Shown here: positions 12,561 to 28,660 of the stretch, one piece after another
Numbering within the stretch: position 1 is the first letter of the stretch
Layout of the letters: each line of letters opens with the position of its first letter
Origin: the human T2T-CHM13v2.0 reference genome, Homo sapiens
Length of the DNA stretch: 64,000 bases
Strand: one strand, 5' to 3'
Assembly (NCBI RefSeq): GCF_009914755.1
Contig: NC_060935.1
Program-made: the position numbers and the translations under genes
Notes under the pieces: generated by a model
The model's database searches: none
What the model saw: the letters and a program-made list of their open reading frames with translations, nothing else
Told to the model about the DNA's origin: nothing

Positions 12561-14128
12561 CAGACAAGGCAGAAGGGCAGGTGGGAACAAGGTGGCAGGA
12601 TCTGCTGTGCTGGGGAGGGTGACCTTTCATCCTTCCCTAACTGTGGAGACCCCTCCACACAGGCCCTGTGGCCTCCTTCTGGGGCAGGGACCAGCTCTTG
12701 GAATGCAGGAGCCAGGGGCCTTTCTGTAGGAGGAAGCTCACCACTTCTCTTTGTTTCTTATTGTCAATCTTGAGGAGTTTTGCCACGTTTTCCCCAGAAT
12801 TTCATATTTACAAATATTGTTTCATATTTTGACATCCCTAGTAGGTTTTTGACAGATACAAAATGTTTCCTTCTCTAGGATATTGTGCAGACACATCCCA
12901 TAGCCCAAACTTCACACCCAGAGACACATAGTAGGTTATTCACGGAGCCCTGACACTCACACCAGTCAGAAAGGGCATTACACAAGGAAGAGAAGGAGCC
13001 AGAAGCCCTCAGGCTTGGCCTCATTCTGCTCTCTCCCAGGCTTTCTAGAAAAAGATGTGGTCCCTCTGCAGTGCCCTGAGGCCTGCTTGCCTCTCAGAAA
13101 TGCTCTGGAGACTAAATAGATTCTAGTCAGTTTCCCTGAAGCAAGCGCTTCATCAATGCTAAGCAGCACGGTATTTTTCCATCTCCCCACCCTTAGAGAT
13201 GAATAGGGTGCCGACGCCGCAGGCTGTTCCCTTTAGGTAGACCGCGTGGAGCGCCCAGTGGACTCGATAGCGCTGTCCTGGGAACAGAACCTTCCCGGAC
13301 TGTGCACTTTTAACCCTGCAGGTTCTCAGCTGTCTGCCGTCAGAAGGAAAGCATTCACACTCCAGTTCCCAGGAGACTGCAGCCAGGACGCTTGGGTTTC
13401 CACCACGGATTCCTCTGCTGAGGGGCTGCTCCGCGGTAACTTTCCTCCCGAGAAGCACAGGAATGAAACGGCGATGAGCCCCGTAGGTGAAGATGATCGT
13501 CTGTTCACCTGCAGTTCACAGAACCTTTGATGTTACTCTATCGTCTGGATCTCTTTTGCCTGTGAGGGAGGCAGAGAGGTATTTAGGCATGAGGCAGCAG
13601 AGGTTTAGCAAGAGGTGCTCCTGGAGGGCCTTGAACACCCATCCTAAAGGGGTCCTGGTGTTGTCGGTGGTGAGACCAGGGGTCAAGGCTGCACTCAAGC
13701 ACTAACTCTGTGAACCTGACTGCTCAGTAGTTTCCATAGCTAGGTACCACACCAGCAATCTGAAAAGCCTTGGACCTCCACTCCCCAAGCAGCTGCTTCC
13801 TGGAATGAAAAAGAAAGGTTCATAGATTCACAAACTCCCTGCATTGGAAGGGAATTTAGAAGTCACCTCTGGCCTGCCCATATTTCCTGTGCTTTCTGCC
13901 TCAACAACATCCGCCCAAACACTCCAGCCTGCAAGAACCTTCTTCACACCTAGCCCTCGGGGCCCAGCCCTCTGGAGGTGCGCTCCCACCTGCTCCAGTG
14001 AAATAGGACCATCACCTCCTTCATTCTAGACATCATGCTCCTATTAATGCCCCTTAGAATTCATAGGGTGATTTGTATTGAGCTAGAAGTGACTTGTTTC
14101 ATTTACAAGTGCTAAAGAACCCGTACAT

Positions 14129-14257
14129 CAGGAGGCTGAGGCAGGAGAATCATTTGAACCGGGAGGCGGAGGTTGCAGTGACCGAGATGGTGCCATTGCC
14201 CTCCAGCTTGGGCAACAAGGCAACAAAAGTGAAACTCCATCTAAAAAAAAAAAAAGA
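14129..14257 (+). mobile_element. 5'-truncated Alu (right arm + A tail)
   Basis: caggaggctgaggcaggagaatc...actccatctaaaaaaa, with degenerate TSD aaagaaccc.t...tc on both sides. Confidence 0.85.
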
Positions 14258-17200
14258 ACCCATGTGTCTCCCAGCCTGCACCTTCATGGCTTGTTGGCAG
14301 TTAACTTGCACAAGAGAACACGGATGATAGATAGAGAACCAGGGCTCAGATCCCAGACTCCACCTCCACTGTGCAATGGAAGCATAAATACTAAGCAGAT
14401 CATAAAGACAAAATACTCTCTCTCAGTCTTCGAACATTCAAGAATTGGGGTGAGGAACTTGGCAAACCTCAGGGAAGACCTAAAATGTCTCCACCCCAGT
14501 GCCTGGGCTTGGTGGTGAAATCACAAGGGCAGGTTGGAGAGTGCCTCCTCTTTTTTTTTTTCCTTTTACATTTCTCTCCTTTTTGACACATTTGGAAAAA
14601 AAAAAAACCTGATAAGGTCTACCAAAAAAAATGTGGGCAGCTTACTAGAAGCTTAAAGAGTAAATATATAAAAATAAATCTCTGGGAAAGGCTGGTGTGT
14701 ATATAGGTCGTCTGAGCACTGTGGCAGAGATGGCTGTCTGGTAGGCTGGATTGATGAATACAAATAGGGCAGGAAGACAGGCCAAGAGCCCCACGGTGGC
14801 TTCACCACAGAAATTCTACTTTTCATTCTGAAGATGTGGCCTCACTGCTTTCCTGACCTCTGTCCCCAGCAAGCAGAGGGGAGACAGCAGCCTCCCAAAG
14901 CCTTCTCCATGAAGGCTTCCAACCCCCAAGTCAGCGGTCACGCCCTCCTCCCCTAACTCTCGCACTCTTGCAGGACTTTGTTGCTACTTCTCAGGTTGCT
15001 TTTATCTGTGATCATGGCTTTCTCCTTTACTGGCTTGAAGTCCTAGGAGGAGAGTAGGGACCTCCTCCGAGTCAACATTGTATCTCCCAAAGATCCTCAC
15101 ACTCCAGAGCTCCCAAGAGTGATGCCTGTCCAAAGAATGAATGAAGGATGACTAAAATTGTGTCTTCCCTTTTCTTTGCCTCACCCAACCTGCTAGTCCA
15201 GGATGCCTGTTCCCCTGCAAAGTGTCACCACCCTGACCCAAGAAAGTCTTTTCCAAGAGGTGCCCTCTGGGGTCTCACACGTACTCAAGATCAAGGCATG
15301 AGGTGCTCAAGGTGTCAGATCCACAGAGCCCACTGCGCCTTCCACAGGGCTGCCAGAACACACAGGAGGCCTGTACTGTGCCATCTCTGGCAGAGTGAGC
15401 AGGGGAGGTACCTTTCATTCTGTTTCTGGAGAGACACCAAGACCCACATCTGCAGGGGGTTGGGCTGAGGACAAAGCTGAGTGGCCCCTATACTGTGTGT
15501 ATAACCCACCCTCTCCGCCTCCTCTCTGAAGACCCACGGTGTTACCAGGTTATGATGGTCTGGCTGATGATCTTCACTGGAGGCTACAATTCCTCTGGCA
15601 GCCAGTAGACCCTGGGAGGACCACCCACCACCCCCTCAGTCATGCCCAGACCTGTCAGATTCCCACAGAGCAGGCAGTTCAAGCTGGAACCTCTGACAAG
15701 AGAAGCAACAGATGGTGATGGCCCTGCTTCTCACATTCCTCTGTGGAGAAAGGAAATCTGGGCTGGGGAGTTGGCAGGGAGTGAGGCCAGAGAACCATGC
15801 CGGGGCCCTTTGGCAAGCTAAAGCCAGGGGCTCAAGGGAGATCCCAAGCTTTACATTGTGGTCCACACTGGCCTGTGTCTTTCTACGGTTCCATACTTCA
15901 GCATCTCACTTTGTTCCAGATCCCCAGTTGCCTCACACATGTCCCTGTAACATCTGAAGTCAAAACAAGCAGGTTCACACATTCCCAGCTGGTCAGCCCC
16001 TGTGCTCACTGAATGCTGGGGGGAAGTGGGCAGGGGTGGGTAGGTAGCAAATTCCCCTTGCACAGATAGACACTCGGCATGCACCTTCGCCCAGGCTCTG
16101 GAAGTCGTCAGCTTCTGCAAAGACAAAGCAGTGCAGAGACCTTGAAGTCAACGCCCTTCAGCCACATTAGATGATGTGATCTGCCCCACTCCCTACCATG
16201 CTGCTCAAAGATCCACCCACAGCTGATGCCGTGGGACAGTCTTTTTTGCATGCCCAGGGCCTACGGGACCAACTGCAAACCCCAGGCCTCTCCAGAATGT
16301 CCTAGAACTTCCAAAGAGCGGGTCTCACTGGCCTTTTGGCCAGGGTCCCTGCACTCTTTCTGAGCCTGCGGTGCCTTGGGGGCTATGTCATGAAGATTCC
16401 ATTCAGGGGAAGGAAACGTGCTTTAGAATAAGGGCCCCACACTTCAGGGTGACAGCCTCAGGGAGCTTGGGTAGTAGGAAAAACACTGAACTTGGATCGG
16501 CAAATCTGGGCTTGAGGTCCGCCTTTGCTATGTCACAGCAGCCTGACCTTGAATGGTTATATAATCTCTCTGCGTATTCGCTTTCTCATTGGAAAAAGGG
16601 ACAAATTCTATTTGCCATATACAACGTTGTGTGAATGTGCCCTGCAGCTTCTAAATACTATATAAAATATCATTGCTTGCTATTATTATTATGTGTAATA
16701 CTAAAGTCAAATATAGCCAGGAACGAGGAAGTTCCAGTGTCAGTTCTGAGTCCTCTACCAATGCACAGCGGAGGCCACGCCGAGCCTTCCCCGGCTGTAA
16801 CCTGCGGGTAGAGACAGCTGTCTCCAGGGACCCTGAGGGCCGCAGGGGCTGTGGAAATAGAGGGGCTGGGTGGCTGGGATGCTCTTTGGAGATCAGACAG
16901 CACAGAAGGCCTGGCCTAGGCTTGGTACTAGGATGCAGGGCTGTACCTGCCCGCAGGCAAGAGAATCCCAACAGGGACTCTGCTCTGTAAAGTGCTGTTG
17001 GTCTTGCTTAGGGGACAGTCACCATAGCGACCTTCATTGTGTGGCCCTTCCCACAGCGCTCTGGTGGACGGTATCTTATGAGATCACGTTAGCATGAGAA
17101 GGCAGCTGAAGAGGAGGGCGGAGACTGGCCCTGGCCTCCTGGCTCTTGGTCAAGTTAATAATCTTCTCCTGTAAACCCCTTTAAAAAAATACAAAACTAT

Positions 17201-18879
17201 GTTTAATCCTACAAAAAAACCTAAGTGTTTGTTGTGCTGCTCTCCCTGGCTTTCATGGGGGGACTGCAGCCTCCTCGGAACTACAGTCTCACACAGGGAA
17301 GGGCTCCAGCCTGCGGGAGGTGGAGCTGCTGGATAAAAGAGCTGAGGCCCTTCTGGTGATGTCCACCAGCCACGAGGATCAGGCGGGGTCAGGGGCCTGG
17401 GGACACCAGAAAGGGGAGGGTGGTATGGAGTGGGAGGGTGGGGGCAGGTAGGGGGACTGGGGACAGCAGCTCCCCCACCAAAGCCTCTGCTCAATTGGGT
17501 GGTCATGTACCCTGGCCCCCAGAGTGGCCCACCTCTGGCCAGGCTGCCTCTTCCCTGGACGCAGCGGGCAAGTCCAGTGCCCAAGCTCTTGGCCTGCCCT
17601 GGTGCCTTGGAGCAGAAGTGACATGGGGCACTTTCATGCCCAATTCCTATTCCCCATGCCCACCTGTGCCACCCACACCCCAGTCCTGCCTTGTCCTTCC
17701 TGGCTCAGTAAGCAGAAGCCATGCCCTGCAAATCCTAACAGAGGAGGAAGATCCCATCCTGGCTACTCCCCACCCCCACAGCTCTGGGGCTTGGCTTCTT
17801 TTTTTCAAAAGGGCACAGGGGCTAAGGACTGCCAGGTTCTCTGGGGAAAGGGATTCTCTGGGAACAACTGTCCAATACATGTTCCCTGATGCTACTGTGA
17901 AGTGAGGCAGGGTGGTCTTTTTCTGTGACCCTCTAGAGCTCCTCAGGCCCCTCATGCAATTCTTCAATTCCCCCAGCAGGTGTGTCCACCAACAGACAGA
18001 TGTGGGGTGACCCACTTGGAGCCTGCATCTAGTGAGGGACAGTGTCCCCTGACCCAGTAAGATCTGTCTTTGCCAGAGTGTCAGGGGGACAGCTTGATCA
18101 GCTGGAGGCAGGTGGGGGAGTCTGACCCCATCTAGAAAAAGTCCAATTCCTTTGTGTCTTCCCCCAATGTGACCTGATGTACCCGAAGGAAAAAAAGGCC
18201 TCAGCAGGGCTATGAATCAGGCACTTTCCAGGAAGGGTAAGCCTCATTCAGCAGGCTCCCACAGTCCAGTCCAGTGAACATGCCCTTACTTCTTGTTCAG
18301 GAGCCACGAAAAATGGCCATAAGGCATCTACAATTCACGCCCTTGTTGGATTCCAGACTCACCCAGCCATGCTTCAATCAAGATTTGGCTTCCTGTCCAG
18401 CCCCCCTGTAGGGAGAGATGTGCTGATCGTGCCATCTTGTGTATTTTGGCTCCCAGCACAGTCACACAGCTAATTAACGAATTCACATTTTCATCTAGAT
18501 ATCAGGAGGCTGAACTTCAGTCGGTGGAGATGGGCGTTCTCGGGAGATGGCTGTGCTTGAAATTAAGTGTCTAAACTTGTAAGAGCACCTCGGCAAATGG
18601 TCTAAGCTACATCACCTTCCGGGGTCTCTTGGAAGACAGATGACCCTCATGGAGACACCCAACCATCACCATTAGCAGTGTCCCCTTGAGATTTAAGCTT
18701 GTATAGCTATTTATTTATCTGATACCACATAAAATACATATGCCTATGGGGGCAGTAAACACAGCCTTTTTCATCAGTGCACATCAGAATCTACCGGAAA
18801 GCTTACTGCATAGGAGAAGGTCAAGAATGTTTACAGAATGGGTGATTAAAAATGAATGAATGACTTCAGCATAAAGATG

Positions 18880-21733
<2,854 letters not shown>

Positions 21734-21815
21734 AATATATTACCTTAATAAAACAAAAACTAAAGATCAAGGTAAGTAAATACATGTGTTCTACCTAGTG
21801 TGAAATCTCTTTCAA

Positions 21816-21831
21816 ACACTAGATGGTGCTG
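21816..21831 (+). promoter_or_regulatory. Candidate CTCF motif
   Basis: ACACTAGATGGTGCTG resembles the CTCF core CCASYAGRKGGCRS. An imperfect opposite-strand motif follows at 21831-21847. Confidence 0.4.
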
Positions 21832-23637
21832 TTGCCCCCCTTGTGGAAACCACACCGGGGCAGGGCAGGTGCTTGCTGGTCAGCATGTCTATGGAGTTTT
21901 CCACAAAACAGAATTAAGAGAGTTGTTATGAAAAAAGTTAGGAAGGAATTAAAGTTGTTCATTTTCTTTCCTTGCCAAATAGGAGCCCACTTCACTGGAT
22001 AGGAAGAAAAACATCATTTGCCCCTAGCGGTGCAATAACTGGAAGCTCAGCGCTGGGCACCAAGCTGAGTCCTGGGGCTAAGTGCTGTGCCCTCTAGAAA
22101 CAGATGTTGACTCGATAAAGTCAACTGTATGGCCAGCTGTGGCAAATGCCTCTCTCAGGCACCTGGGCCTGGACTCAAGAGTGAGAGGAAATTCAGGAAC
22201 GGGAAGCTTGTTTCAGGGAAGCTGAAGCTACCATTGGTGCTCCCTATGGTCAGAATTCAATGGCATTAAAGGAACAGTGAATTTGGGATCATCCAAAGAC
22301 AAGTGGGAAGCTTATGCACTGGGAGAAGTCAAGGCATCAACATGAATATCAGGCCACTTTCCCAGAGAGCATGTCTGTTTTGAGTTGTGAGATGAATAGG
22401 AGGCCTCTTTAACACATCCTGCAAAGTCACTAATGACAGCTTGATGGCCTGGTCAATGATTAGGGGTTTTTTTTCCCATTGGCCCTATTTTCCATGACTT
22501 TTCTGGATCTGTACTTACCTACTTTGGACCTCTGCTGTGTTGCACACAGGTTTCATGGGATAAATACTATGAAAGAAATATTCTATTAACGAGGGACGCC
22601 GGCACACTGGCCACTCAATTTTCTTGCCACTCTTCCTTTCCAGGTCATTCTGCCACCCCAGCCTTGCTGACCTCCAGCCATCCTGATCACTCCTCTATCT
22701 CCTGTTCTGTATCCTTCTCCCTCTGTCCCAGATCTGAGCATAGTTCCCAGCTCTTGCCTCTTCTCCTTCTCTCTCCACCCTCCTCCAGATACCTAAATTA
22801 TTTCTCAGAGTTTCAGTCTTCTCCTCTCTGCGGATGACATTCCAAAATCTCCACCCCATCCTCAACTCCCCCGTCATCACCAGACATCCATTCCTGCCTC
22901 TTCTCAGACAACTCCACTTAGGCAATTAGTGGAGTTGCCACTTTTTGTGGAGTTGCAATTAGTGGAGTTGCAATTAGTGGAGTTCTCACCAACCTTCAGT
23001 TAGACATGCATGCAGCATGTCTAGAATCAAACTCAGCAGCTCTCCCGTCCCAGTCACCTACTCCTGCTAATTTTCTCATTCCTGACATCAGGCATGCACG
23101 CATTCAATAAACATTTACTTGGGTTTTAAAAAACAAGGTTTACACCCTTAAGGAACTTGTAGATTGCAGGTAGAGGAGAGAGACAGGTCACAGAACCCCC
23201 AACACATGTGATCGGAGCTCTATCAGAGGGAAGCGGAGGGGTCAAGGTGTCCACAGAGGAGGGGATCTCAGTGCCTCTGGAGATTCAGGGGAGCTTAGCC
23301 CAGCTCAGCTCCAAGCCATCCAGTTTCATTCCTCTTCTCCTTTGGGCTCCTGTTGACCCTTTCTCAGCCACATCTTCTACATCATGCTCTTCCAAGCCCC
23401 AGTGTGCATAGGAGTCACCTGGAGAGCTTGTTAAAAGGCAAATTCTCTTTGAGCAGGTGGAGGGTGGAGCCTGAGATTCCGCATTTCATACATGATCCCA
23501 GGGGGTGGCACTGTTGCCGCCAGACTGTGCAACCCACTACCCGTCCCAAGGCTCTTTCTTCCTTTGCCTTGTTGCAGCCTTATCACCTCAGGCCAGCACC
23601 AGGGCCCAGCCCACGAACGCTCTCCCTGCCTCCAATC

Positions 23638-23822
23638 CTAGACTGTGCAATACAGTAGCTGCCAGCCATAGTGCCTACTTAAATGCAAATTAATTAAAAT
23701 TTAAAATTCCCTTTCCTATTCACAGTAGCCACATTACACCTAGGCAGTAGCCACAATGCCACATTATACAGACAAGATATCAGGCATTTTCTTCATTGCA
23801 AAAGTTCTGTTGGGTGGCACTG
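23638..23822 (-). mobile_element. MER3-like hAT-Charlie MITE
   Basis: ctgtgcaatacagtagc...aaattaattaaaatttaaaattc...gcaaaagttctgttgggtggcactg. Confidence 0.6.
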
Positions 23823-24279
23823 CACAATAATCTCAGCTCCACCTAAACTAACCACAAACTGACTACCAGCCTCACCACACTCTCAGCTCCTTGAAGGCAA
23901 GTTCTGTATTTGTCTTGTCATTTTTCTCTAAGTGCAGAACCTACCCCATATCCTTTCTTTCATTTGACAAATATTTATTGATCATCTCCTATGTAGCAGA
24001 TGCTGTGCTTAGCACTGCTAAGGGGCACCCAGAGGTGAACAAGACAAACAGGGTCCCTGTCATTGCAGAGGTCACAAAGCACGTGCTCCATAAGTCTTCA
24101 CTGAAATGAATAAATGAATGAATCATACACAGACAACCCCCAGGGAAATCTTCACAATGATTTTCATAATTCTCCCCAACTCAGAAATTCTTAATACTTG
24201 CTTTCAATCTGCAGAAGAAAATCCAGATGCCACAGCCTGGGATATGAGGCTCTTCTGAGAGGCAGAGATGCGTGGTTAA

Positions 24280-24937
<658 letters not shown>

Positions 24938-27479
24938 ATTAGAAATATGATCTTGGAAACTAACAAAACTGGGTTCTGCTAGCAGGTCTGAAATTCCTGC
25001 CAGTGTGAGGGGACTTGACTTGTCTGAGCCTGTTTTCTCTCCGGAGAAAGGTGCTAAAGCTACCTCCCTCCCGAGGCTGTCGAGAAAATTACAAGCAATT
25101 ACTTACGTGAAGCATCGAGCAGAGCTCAGCACATAGTAGGCACTGCGTTAATTACAGCCACTGGCATCACCACTTTACCGCCCAGATCCCCCAGCAGCAA
25201 CCCTTCCCTTTCTTGTGGTCCCTGAGCACCCTGAGCCTTGCCTGCCCAAGCCTTGATTTCCAGCCCGGCTCCTTGACTCCTCTCCCTCTCATCACATTCA
25301 AACCTTAGTCTTCCTTCCCTAAGTCCTTCAGACCTTCCTTCTCTGCGTAGCCTTGCCGTCAGAAGTCAGTCCCAGCTCCTCTTCTCCGAGCTGTGTTAGC
25401 ATTCCTGTCAATTCCACACCAGCTCCCAATTAACACCTAGGAATTAAAATCCTATGCTGTTAATTTGTCTGCTGACTTCCCCCCACCCGCAGACATGCCA
25501 CCTTCCCTGTTAGATGTGAGACATTTGAGATCAAAGCCCACCATTATACCTTTTGGTCTCTCTCATAGCACCTATCAAAGTGTCTCAAACATAGTAGGCC
25601 TTTATCAACCAAGAGAGTGTGTGGACATAAAAATACATACAGTCAACATTCGCTAACTGAGTAGGTGTAGGTGTAGGGGTGTGTGTGTGTGTTTGTGTGT
25701 GTGTCTGTTTAGCATTTTAAAAGCCATGGGAAAGAGAAACACCAAACTCAGGTGGCTGGTTCTCTCCTGAGGGAAGAGGAGGTAATCTCACATGGATTTG
25801 GCAGTGTTGGCAATGCCTGGTTTTGTTTTTTTAAACTGGGTAGCAGCTACAGTATTATGTTAAATATTGCAAAATAATATGTCCTTACTCGATAGATATC
25901 TGCTGTTTATGGACGTATGAAGAATTCTCCTGACATGAGAAAAAATGCTTAAAATATTTGTTTTAGAAGCTATTTAGTTAGGATTTCAGAGTATAACTCA
26001 ACAAACTCCTTTAATTAATATTTTATCTAAAAGGAAATATTTATGAGACATTACCAGGCTCCTAATGCAAATATAACTTCTATAAATAGGAGAAAAAAAT
26101 AATTTTCTGCAAGTCTTATATTCTAAAGAGAACATCTTTAATTGTGAACCCATCTCCCGCTCGATGAAAGAAGGTAAGAGAAGCAGATAAAGAGAACAGA
26201 AGAAGTGAGGCTGTACTCTAATTAACAGTGATAATACATACACATTTTCTGTTGCTTTCAAGCACCGCCTCAGCAATTTTCAGACAATGAAAGACATACT
26301 TAGCACCTTGTACCGCTCCCTGAGTAGTTCTTTTATTGCATTGCTATCCTCAGATGTTGTCTGTGCTCTTTGAGAGGCTTGGGCCTCTCAAAGCTCCTCC
26401 AAGTTGCAACAATTGCTCAGGACTAGAATCCCCAAATTTCGCGTTTTTCAGTTCTCAGGTGAGACCTGGACACAAATTTTTCTGTCTCCCGATCCAAGGT
26501 CCCATCACTGAGAAAATCTTTGCAAAACAGTATTTCCCAGAGCACCCTATATTTTGCTTTAAAGTCAGTCCAGGTCCCCTGACCCCCACCCCGTAATGGC
26601 AAAAGGAATATCATGGTCTTTATACCTAATCCAAAAGCAACTGCTGCCCCAGGACAGAGCCCCTCCTCAGGGCTCAGCAGATGATTATAGTGTGTGTTAT
26701 CTGGACCTGAGAACTGCACAGCCAAAGCCTCTCCCAAGAACTAGGCAATTAGGGAATTAAGAACTTTCTCCACAATAGTGTTAAGCCCTGAGGTCAAACA
26801 ACATATGGTGCAGTGTGTGAGCACCTAGGCAAGCTGAGTCCCCTAAGGGGACACAGAGCTTTCCTGTTAGGGCCTGTTGCAGCCACATTTAACAATCACC
26901 CCCTCTACAGAGAGAAGAGGGGCAATCAGGAGGCCCACTCTGGCCGGACCGCTCTGTGCTCTGTCCCAGGGGAGGGTGCCTGGGCAACGGGCTGTGTGTA
27001 CGCTGGTCTCCGAGGCAAGAGGACCCCCAGGCCACTGTTAGAGACTAAGTTTCCCTGTCACTGTCCTTACAGGAGAGGATGGACTTGGTGCCCTCCAGTA
27101 TTAGTGACAAGCATTTTTCTCATTGCAACGTAATAAACCAGTTTTCTGGTCGTAGACATCATTCACCTAGCACTTGTGCTAGGTGCTAGGGCACCCCACG
27201 TTTGACCAGCTGTGTCTGCCCTGAGAGAGGGGGCTGGCAGGGGGGGTGTTGACCCCAAAAGGCTGGGTAACGGAGAGGGGCCAGAAGGAACACCACCGGG
27301 TGAGAAGGGCCACCCCGAACAGACCGGTCCTCAGAGGCACCTGCCGGCCCTCCCCAGACAGCAGCCCTCCCTTTCAGCCTGCCCTGGCAGCTGCCTTTCC
27401 TACGGCTTCCACGAATTAAAGAACACACTCTGGTCATCATCTGTCCTCAAGGCAGGTAGGAATCCAAAAGGGAGAGCCG

Positions 27480-28290
27480 GGAGGTGGCGCGGAGGACGCC
27501 GGCTCTGCCCACGCCTGGGCAAGGTTGAGCTCCGTTCCCTCCGGGCTGCTCCCGCCTCCTGTCCGTGCAGGGCGCGTTTCCAGCCATCGCCGCCCAGCCG
27601 CCGCCGCACGCCGGGGAGAGATCGTCCGGGGTGAGCAGCGAGCCCGGGGACAGCTAGCCTGGGTCCTGTCCCTGGACCTACTCCCCCTGCAGCTGGCGGA
27701 TCAGGCCCCCGGACCCTCACTCCACGGCGGGAATCAGAGCCGTCGGGCGGGGGATGCAGCGCCCAGACTGTGGCTCCCCCGCCTTCCCAAAGGAATCCCC
27801 CCATCTGCTCCATCCCTCTCGGGAAACGGCGAAATGCTGCCAACCGTCCGCTTAGCGCACCGCGGAGCGACTGAGCAGCCCCGCCGAGGCTCCGAGCCAA
27901 GATTTCTGCCCTAATAGTTTCTCCCTTCTTTCTGTCTGCTCCACCGCACCCACTAAATACGCGGCGCTCACACACGGACACGCGTGACACGCGGCGCTCA
28001 CACACAGGCATGGGACGCTCACACGCGCGCGCGCGGGTCTCCGTCCCTGGCACCCCGCAGCAGGGGTGCAGCCGGGGGCAGGGGGAGCCGGGGGAGGGCG
28101 CAGGGGGCCGCGGGGACGCGAGCGGAGGGCTGGATGCCTGCCGGGCTCTCTCTCCGCCTTCCTCTTCCCTCCCAGTCCTGCCGAGCTGACGGCGTCCCGG
28201 ATCACATGGAGCCCCCGCCCCACCCCAGCCCGCCCCCCGCCGCCAACGCCGGTGGCCCTTCCAGTCGCGTTACTACCCAGAGATTCATTT
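27480..28290. promoter_or_regulatory. KCNJ5: CpG island / KCNJ5 promoter
   Basis: Very high GC and CpG density with GC boxes, directly upstream of an exon ending in a strong donor. Confidence 0.85.
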
Positions 28291-28295
28291 GTACC

Positions 28296-28325
28296 AGGGA
28301 CGGAGGGAGAGAGGAGAGGGAGGAG

Positions 28326-28419
<94 letters not shown>

Positions 28420-28660
28420 TCCAGCTGCTCTCGCTAGAGAAAGGGAGTGACCCAAGGGGCCGCGAGTGAAGGGACAGGATGGCTTAGGTACCTCTGCCCA
28501 CAGGACCCCACAACAGGGAGAGGTTCCAGCTACAGCTCCTCCGTGGGGTCATGGCAGGGGCTGGGGAGTCCCCTCAAAAGCCCTGAGCCCCCCTGCACCG
28601 CCGCTAAGGGACACCCCAGAAGTTAGCATCAGTGGGACTCGGAAGCTCCGATCTCAACAA
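28296..28660 (+). other. KCNJ5: KCNJ5 exon 1 (non-coding; 5' end approximate)
   Basis: Donor CAACAA|gtaagt at 28660/28661. Splicing to the 48197 acceptor leaves 10 nt of exon 2 before the ATG. Confidence 0.75.
28329..28414 (+). repeat. Compound microsatellite (AC)21(AG)22
   Basis: Counted directly. Confidence 0.97.

Noticed and set aside
27212-28469. Multiple 120-217 aa ORFs in the CpG island (likewise the 257-aa ORF at 41954-42727)
   Set aside because: GC-rich, stop-poor sequence; Pro/Gly/Arg-rich with no domain.
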